Below, piece after piece: positions 58,867 to 64,000 of a DNA stretch of 64,000 nucleotides. The stretch covers positions 930,001 through 994,000 of the forward strand of contig NIVC01000085.1 of NCBI GenBank assembly GCA_002269645.1, written 5' to 3'. The notes below the pieces were generated by a model. The model had not been told where the DNA came from, did no database searches, and worked only from the letters and a program-made list of their open reading frames with translations. The stretch is from Macrostomum lignano (taxonomy: Eukaryota). How positions within the stretch are numbered: the stretch's first letter is position 1; each line of letters opens with the position of its first letter. Position numbers and translations under genes: made by a program.

Positions 58867-61179
58867 TGTATCCGTGGAATAGAAATGCTATTTACCTCTT
58901 ATATCCTTCTATATAACAGTGAATCAAAGCTAGCAGCTCCCCAAACTTGGCTTCAAAACCCCTCAGACGTGCTCGAGGGCGGCAAGATGGTGGGCCAAGC
59001 CGTCAACTTTGTCTACGAGCCGTACAAGCGCGCCAACCCCGAGGATGCCGCAGCTGCTGCTTCTGACGAGCCTGCGGCCCCTGCAACTGGCGAGGCGATC
59101 AATGGTGACGCAGCCGCAGCAGCCAATGTAGTGCCCGATGGTCAGGCTCTGCAGGATGCCGCGACAGCTACTGGCGCGGATGCTGGAACAGCGATGACGG
59201 AGACGGCAGCTGGAGCTGCGGCCACCGACGGCTCCGAGGCGGATGCGGCCGCAGCGAATCGGACGTCATTCAACATGATTCTGTACGGCCTGCCGAACAT
59301 TCTCGTCACCCTGATTGACAAGTGACCTTCAGTGGAGCGGAGCTGGGGCATATTTGTATGATAAATCCGTTTACAGAAGCCCATTTGAATTCGATGATTT
59401 GCGACAGAGGCCATTGCTAGCTGTGGAAGATGCACAATAAGTGCATTCAGAATACATTAAGAATATTTGTACTTGTAAGGCCAGCTTGTTTTCTTCCTGG
59501 ATATCGAAGTTTTCTAGCCTTTGAAAAAATAAATTGCCCGATTTTATATTTAAGATTAAATTCTCATAAGCCGGCTCAGTTGGCAATGAGGATTTCGATG
59601 TCAGACATTAAAAGGTATGAGAGCGTATTGCTCCAGTGTAAACGTTACCGTGACAATAATCGCTATAACGTCATTGCAAAAAGAGTCGCTAAAGATTTGT
59701 TCTGTTACACTTGACTTTGTACTAACTATTACTAGACTATACGGGGCTTGTACAAATACAGTTTTTATAAATGCGAAACGGGATTCTAATTCAAAAGTGA
59801 CGCAGATGCGCTTGAGACGCAACTCAGTGATTCTAAAGCGACTCTGACACGCCTCAGATACGACTCTACGGCCCCTGAGTCGTTACAGAAACGCACAGGG
59901 TCACTTGCATGGCTCCAGAGTCGCAGACCATAAAACGCCTCGAACCGACTCCGAGATCACTCTTTGACCTCTTAACGACTTTCAGTGTAGCATCTAGTCG
60001 TTTTAGAGTCGCTTTCATCTGGATAGAATTAATGCTTAGCATATTCTACAATGAGACTGCAGGAAACTAAAAAATGCGTCTTGCGATTGCGAAGCACAAC
60101 CTCGTCAATGCATTAGAGACACAGCTGCCTAGAAGGGTTGGTTAGAGTGGCTTCTAATCTATAAAATTTTCATTTTCATATTAGGCTTTTTAGTTCGTGA
60201 TTGACTTTCAATTGACGCAACGATGCGTTCTAGGAAGAGATGCGCTTACTGAAATGGTGCATTGTCAGCTCACCAGTTTATGGGAACACGAAAGGCTCGC
60301 ATTTTTCGCATCTTCAATTAGCGCAAAATTGAAAAAAACAGCTAAAAGCTCCTAAGAGTCTAGTTGATTTGCTCAAGTGAGGAATCTTTTTTCAGCAAAT
60401 GGGTAGGGTGATTTGATACAGATAGAAATCACTTCATTTCCATTATGCTTCGCTTGTTGCTTTGTTTGAGGTTTCGTTGTGAGTCCTTGTAGCAACCGCT
60501 TTCATAAACCCGAAATTTCACAACACCGAAATTTCACAAACTCGAAATTTCACAAACTCGAAATTTCACAAAGCCCAAAAATGCACAGCACCAACATTTC
60601 ACAAAACTCGAATTTCACATGTCGCACAAGCTACATGCAACATTTCACATGTCACTGCTGCAGAAGATGCGGCAATAGACACGCCTCATGGTTATGGCTC
60701 CTTTGTGTTTGGCTCCTGGGTCTACGTGAGCAGGCAGCGCTCATTTTTGTGGACTGTGTGAGCAATGCCAACAGATTATCTACTTTTTAAACTTTCTTCG
60801 AATGTCCTATCTTTCACTTTTAACAACTGTATTTGACGAGACGAGAGAACCTTTTATTCAGTCGCCAAGCCTTCCTTGGTGCATAAGAGAACTGTGTCTG
60901 TCAGTCTCTGCACAAGTCATCTGTAATGAACCGTCTTTGTAAGACAACAAGTTGAACACATCAGCTGTTTTCCAGGTGCTTCAACAGTATTTAACTGTAA
61001 GCGTCAAACTTTTTTATTTTATTTGAAATCCAGGATATCTGAACCGCAGATTTCAAAGGGGAACTGAAAGCCGAAGTAAACAACAGGCTTGTAACATAAT
61101 TAGTGCTTAATTCAGTTTTAAACTTCGGCATATCAACCGACCAGTAACTTCAGTCGGCGTTTCTTCATTTTCACTCTCT

Positions 61180-61944
61180 TCACAGCTTCATCCAGACGTG
61201 CTCAACTTCATTGGCCACCTCGGCGGGCACAGCGAAGAACTTCAGCTGGCGGCACACGCGGCTCGAGGCCACGAAGGCGCAGCCAAGGCAGTCCGGGCTG
61301 CGCTGGCAGGCGGCAGCGCACTGGATGGCGGTGCCCGTCACCGTGGAGCTGTGGCTGATGGAGCCGTAAGAGGAGTTGGCGGAGATGCTGGGAACGGAGA
61401 CAATCGGCAACTTCGTCAGCTTCGATCCAGCTGTGGGTGGGGTTGGAATAAAACTTTCTCAAACCACTGATTGACTCAAACACTTAAGAAGACTGAAACT
61501 GCCGCTCATCTTACTCGGTGGGTAGGTGACTTCGTAAATCGAGTTTCTCATTGCGCCGCCGCACACCTGCAACGAGTTGCCATGGAAACTGGAATCGCAT
61601 TCCTCCTCCGCCGCTTTGCCGAAGGATCCGATGGTTGAGCTGCAGCCGCAGAAGAAAAAGTACTGAGTGCCAAAGTAGCGGAACCGACCGTAGGAGCAAA
61701 TCTGGTTGCACAGCTCCAGAGTCATTGTGGATCGGCCTTCAACGAAGCCCGGAGAAAATGTTGACATTTCGTAGGGGCCATAGTGAAAAATTCCTAAAAG
61801 TCCTTTGAGATCGCGACTGTCGCCGTCTTTATAGCAACCAACGTAGCGAAACTCGAGTGGCTGGACGGGCTCGGAAGCCGCGCAGCCTTGAAGGCTCGCC
61901 CACATCAGGGCGAGGCAAGCAGCGAGACCGTTTGACAGCCGCAT
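61180..61944 (-). CDS. Secreted WSC + PAN/apple protein C (exons 61944-61515, 61430-61180)
   Basis: Signal peptide MRLSNGLAACLALMWASLQGCAA; WSC domain with one Cys replaced (CDSSFHGN); 84-nt phase-1 intron; QCAAAC..SPDC....VC. Confidence 0.9.
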
Positions 61945-62249
61945 GTCGTCAATGTGCTTTGAATATTTAAAACAGAAGTTCACTGGCTTGATTAGTCAGG
62001 ATCGGCCTTCGGAGCGCTTCAGAGTAAATGCATTTCTAATCTGCTTGTCGCATTTATTGCTCTCCGGTTGCCTTGGAAACGAATTTTTTCTCTCCATTTT
62101 GTTTAAATCTCTGCTTGCCTTGATTAGAGATTGGCTGTGCGAATAAAATTCAATTTAGAGACAGAAGATGGTGATGGAAAGGTGCAGAGCCGTTTCGTTG
62201 TGCAGATGAGGAGCTGCACAAGTTTCACAACGTTCGCAAGCGAGTGCAC

Positions 62250-63860
62250 TAGATGCCAAGATGCGCCCGATTCCCTCGACCGACGAGAATCTGAAAAAGC
62301 GGGTTGAGCAAACTATGAAGCTCCCCCTCTTCAGACCCGTCCCTCCGGGCGTTGAACCACACATGGGCCACCCCCTGGAGGCCCCTTTCTCTGTCACGGA
62401 CACCCTCTGGCAGCTGGACCACCTAAAAGTGGACAGTGCTCCGGGCCTGGACAAAGTTCCGAACTGCGTCCTTAAGCATGGCCTAGAGCCCATTGCGGTT
62501 ACCCGCATCACCAAACTTTTCAATGATTGCTATCGCACGGGGATCTTCCCATTGCAGTGGAAAAAAGCAGTGGTGACGATGATTCCCAAACTGGACAAAC
62601 CTCCTGAATCCCCAGGTTCCTATCGGCCCATCAGCCTAACTTCCTGCCTCGGAAAGGTATTCGAGAAGCTATTGGTGAGGAGGCTGATGAAACATCTTGA
62701 GGGCCAGGGTATCCTCGGTGCGGATCAGTGTGCATACCGGAAGGTACATTCAACCTACTACAATCTTGTCCGCCTCGTGCAAGACGTCCAGGTGGGCAAG
62801 GCTAAACTCTAAAGATTGTTGGCCATACTCCTTGATGTTCAAGCGGCGTTCGACTCGGTATGGTATGAATTCCTGCGGTTTAGAATGCATGAATTCGACA
62901 CGCCGGATGCCCTCGTCAGGATTTGCTCTGACTATCTAGCAGACAGGCAAATGCAGGTGAAGGTAAACGGGGCGCTCAGCCAGCCGTACGAGCTGCAGGC
63001 GGGTGTTCCCCAAGGTGGCATCTTCCTGTTCCTGCTCTTTATCAGCACCATGCCTCGGCCGCAACAGCCAAACCTTAAACGCAGCCAATTCGCCGACGAT
63101 ATGGCCATCTGGGCCTCGGCGGACACTTTTGCTGGCCTCAAGACGCTCCTGCAACCCTACCTCGACCGAGTGTGGAACTGGTGTGGGGGCAGGGGATTAA
63201 GATCAATGCCAGCAAGAGTCAGGTGATCGCATTCAATTATAAGCCAACTAGTAGGCTCGACCTTCGCCCCAAGCTGAAACTTGGTGGCACGAGCCTTGAA
63301 TACCAGGACGAAGTCCGGATCCTTGATGTGAACCTGGACTACAGGCTGACCCTAAACTCACATATTGAAAGAGTAGTCAGCCACGGCCGAGCGCTTGCTC
63401 TGTCAATTAACCGCATTGCTAAGCTGACCCGACTGAGTAGCACTACCCTAAAAATGCTTTATAGAGCTTATGTTGAGAGTGCGCTGACATACGGTGCCCC
63501 GGTCCTGAACAACATAGTACCCAGCAACCTCAACAAGCTCCAGAAAATCCAAAATTTAGCTCTTAGGATCTGCTTCGGTGCCCCTAGTTACACCCAAGTG
63601 TACTACCTGCATGAGCTGGTGGCCATGCCCATGATGGCGGACAGGATCCGAGCCCTGGGTGTAGGCTGGCTCTCCAAAATAAAGGCTGCTGGGCACCACG
63701 ACTTCCATATTGAGCCGAAGCTCCCTAGAGCTGCCCGTAATCGCCCCCCCCCAGTTCTGAACCTGCTTTGGGACAGCCTAAAGAGGAGGCACTCCAACAG
63801 ACAAACAGCTGCAAATTCGGCGGCCCGTGCGGCCCATAACCCGCCCTAAATTTCAAAAAC
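62250..63860 (+). mobile_element. 5'-truncated LINE (Jockey/I/CR1-like RT), decayed
   Basis: SAPGLD, YRPISLTSCLGKVFE, LDVQAAFDSV, GVPQG, QFADD. In-frame TAA at 62810 and a frameshift near 63190. Confidence 0.92.
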
Positions 63861-64000
63861 CTGAAATCATTGCTTCTCTTCTTCACATCCATCTGCACCT
63901 AAACATGTATCTGATTCTATGGCTGTGCTGCATCCAACTCAACCTCCATCTGCACCTGCACCTGTATCTAACTACGAGTATATGGTTGGGCTGCTTCCAA

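Larger units (their letters stand above)
50716..59325 (+). pseudogene. CFAP46: CFAP46 (TTC40) C-terminal region; exons 50716-50895, 51076-51660, 54233-54505, 54650-54803, 56913-57443, 57711-58239, 58967-59325; carries lesions
   Basis: Recognisable motifs: RAHSLALIGRALRLLASRLDP, LAQATEVL, LHQSC, QHSPDCRYLYAG, LPLEAL..SRDFSLQ, VVDPY, GFIFYGMERFL, ETALLMTLAGV, FNMILYGLP. Lesions: 1-nt deletion near 50873, TAG at 54266, and a phase mismatch between 54803 and 56913. Confidence 0.85.

Overview
This is eukaryotic, repeat-rich DNA. GT-AG introns, GC-rich exons in AT-rich surroundings and many minisatellites suggest an invertebrate such as a flatworm, but the species cannot be confirmed from sequence alone. 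No CRISPR arrays or prokaryotic operons are present. (1) 1-1353 is the 5' part of an RTE-type LINE on the minus strand (APE endonuclease), inserted into a Polinton gene. (2) 1354-5867 and ~26980-29100 are two decayed blocks of a Polinton/Maverick (adintovirus-like) element: packaging ATPase, PLA2, DDE integrase, pX-like protein, pPolB and adenain protease. No capsid genes are seen. (3) Between those blocks lies a ~21 kb head-to-tail concatemer of non-autonomous Helitrons (minus strand, CTAG|TC and CTTG|TC junctions). It carries satellites, a very young Gypsy LTR element (5-bp TSD) and a 269-bp TIR element containing a 28S rRNA fragment altered at the R2/I-PpoI site. (4) 29-64 kb is a gene-bearing, segmentally duplicated region. 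It holds an N-myristoylation-motif ankyrin gene and its decayed paralog, three intact two-exon secreted WSC+PAN/apple genes and two truncated copies, a third Polinton relic, a lesioned 3' part of CFAP46 with a 2.2-kb solo-LTR-like insertion, SINE pieces and a truncated LINE RT. All family assignments come from motif recognition by eye; no searches were run.
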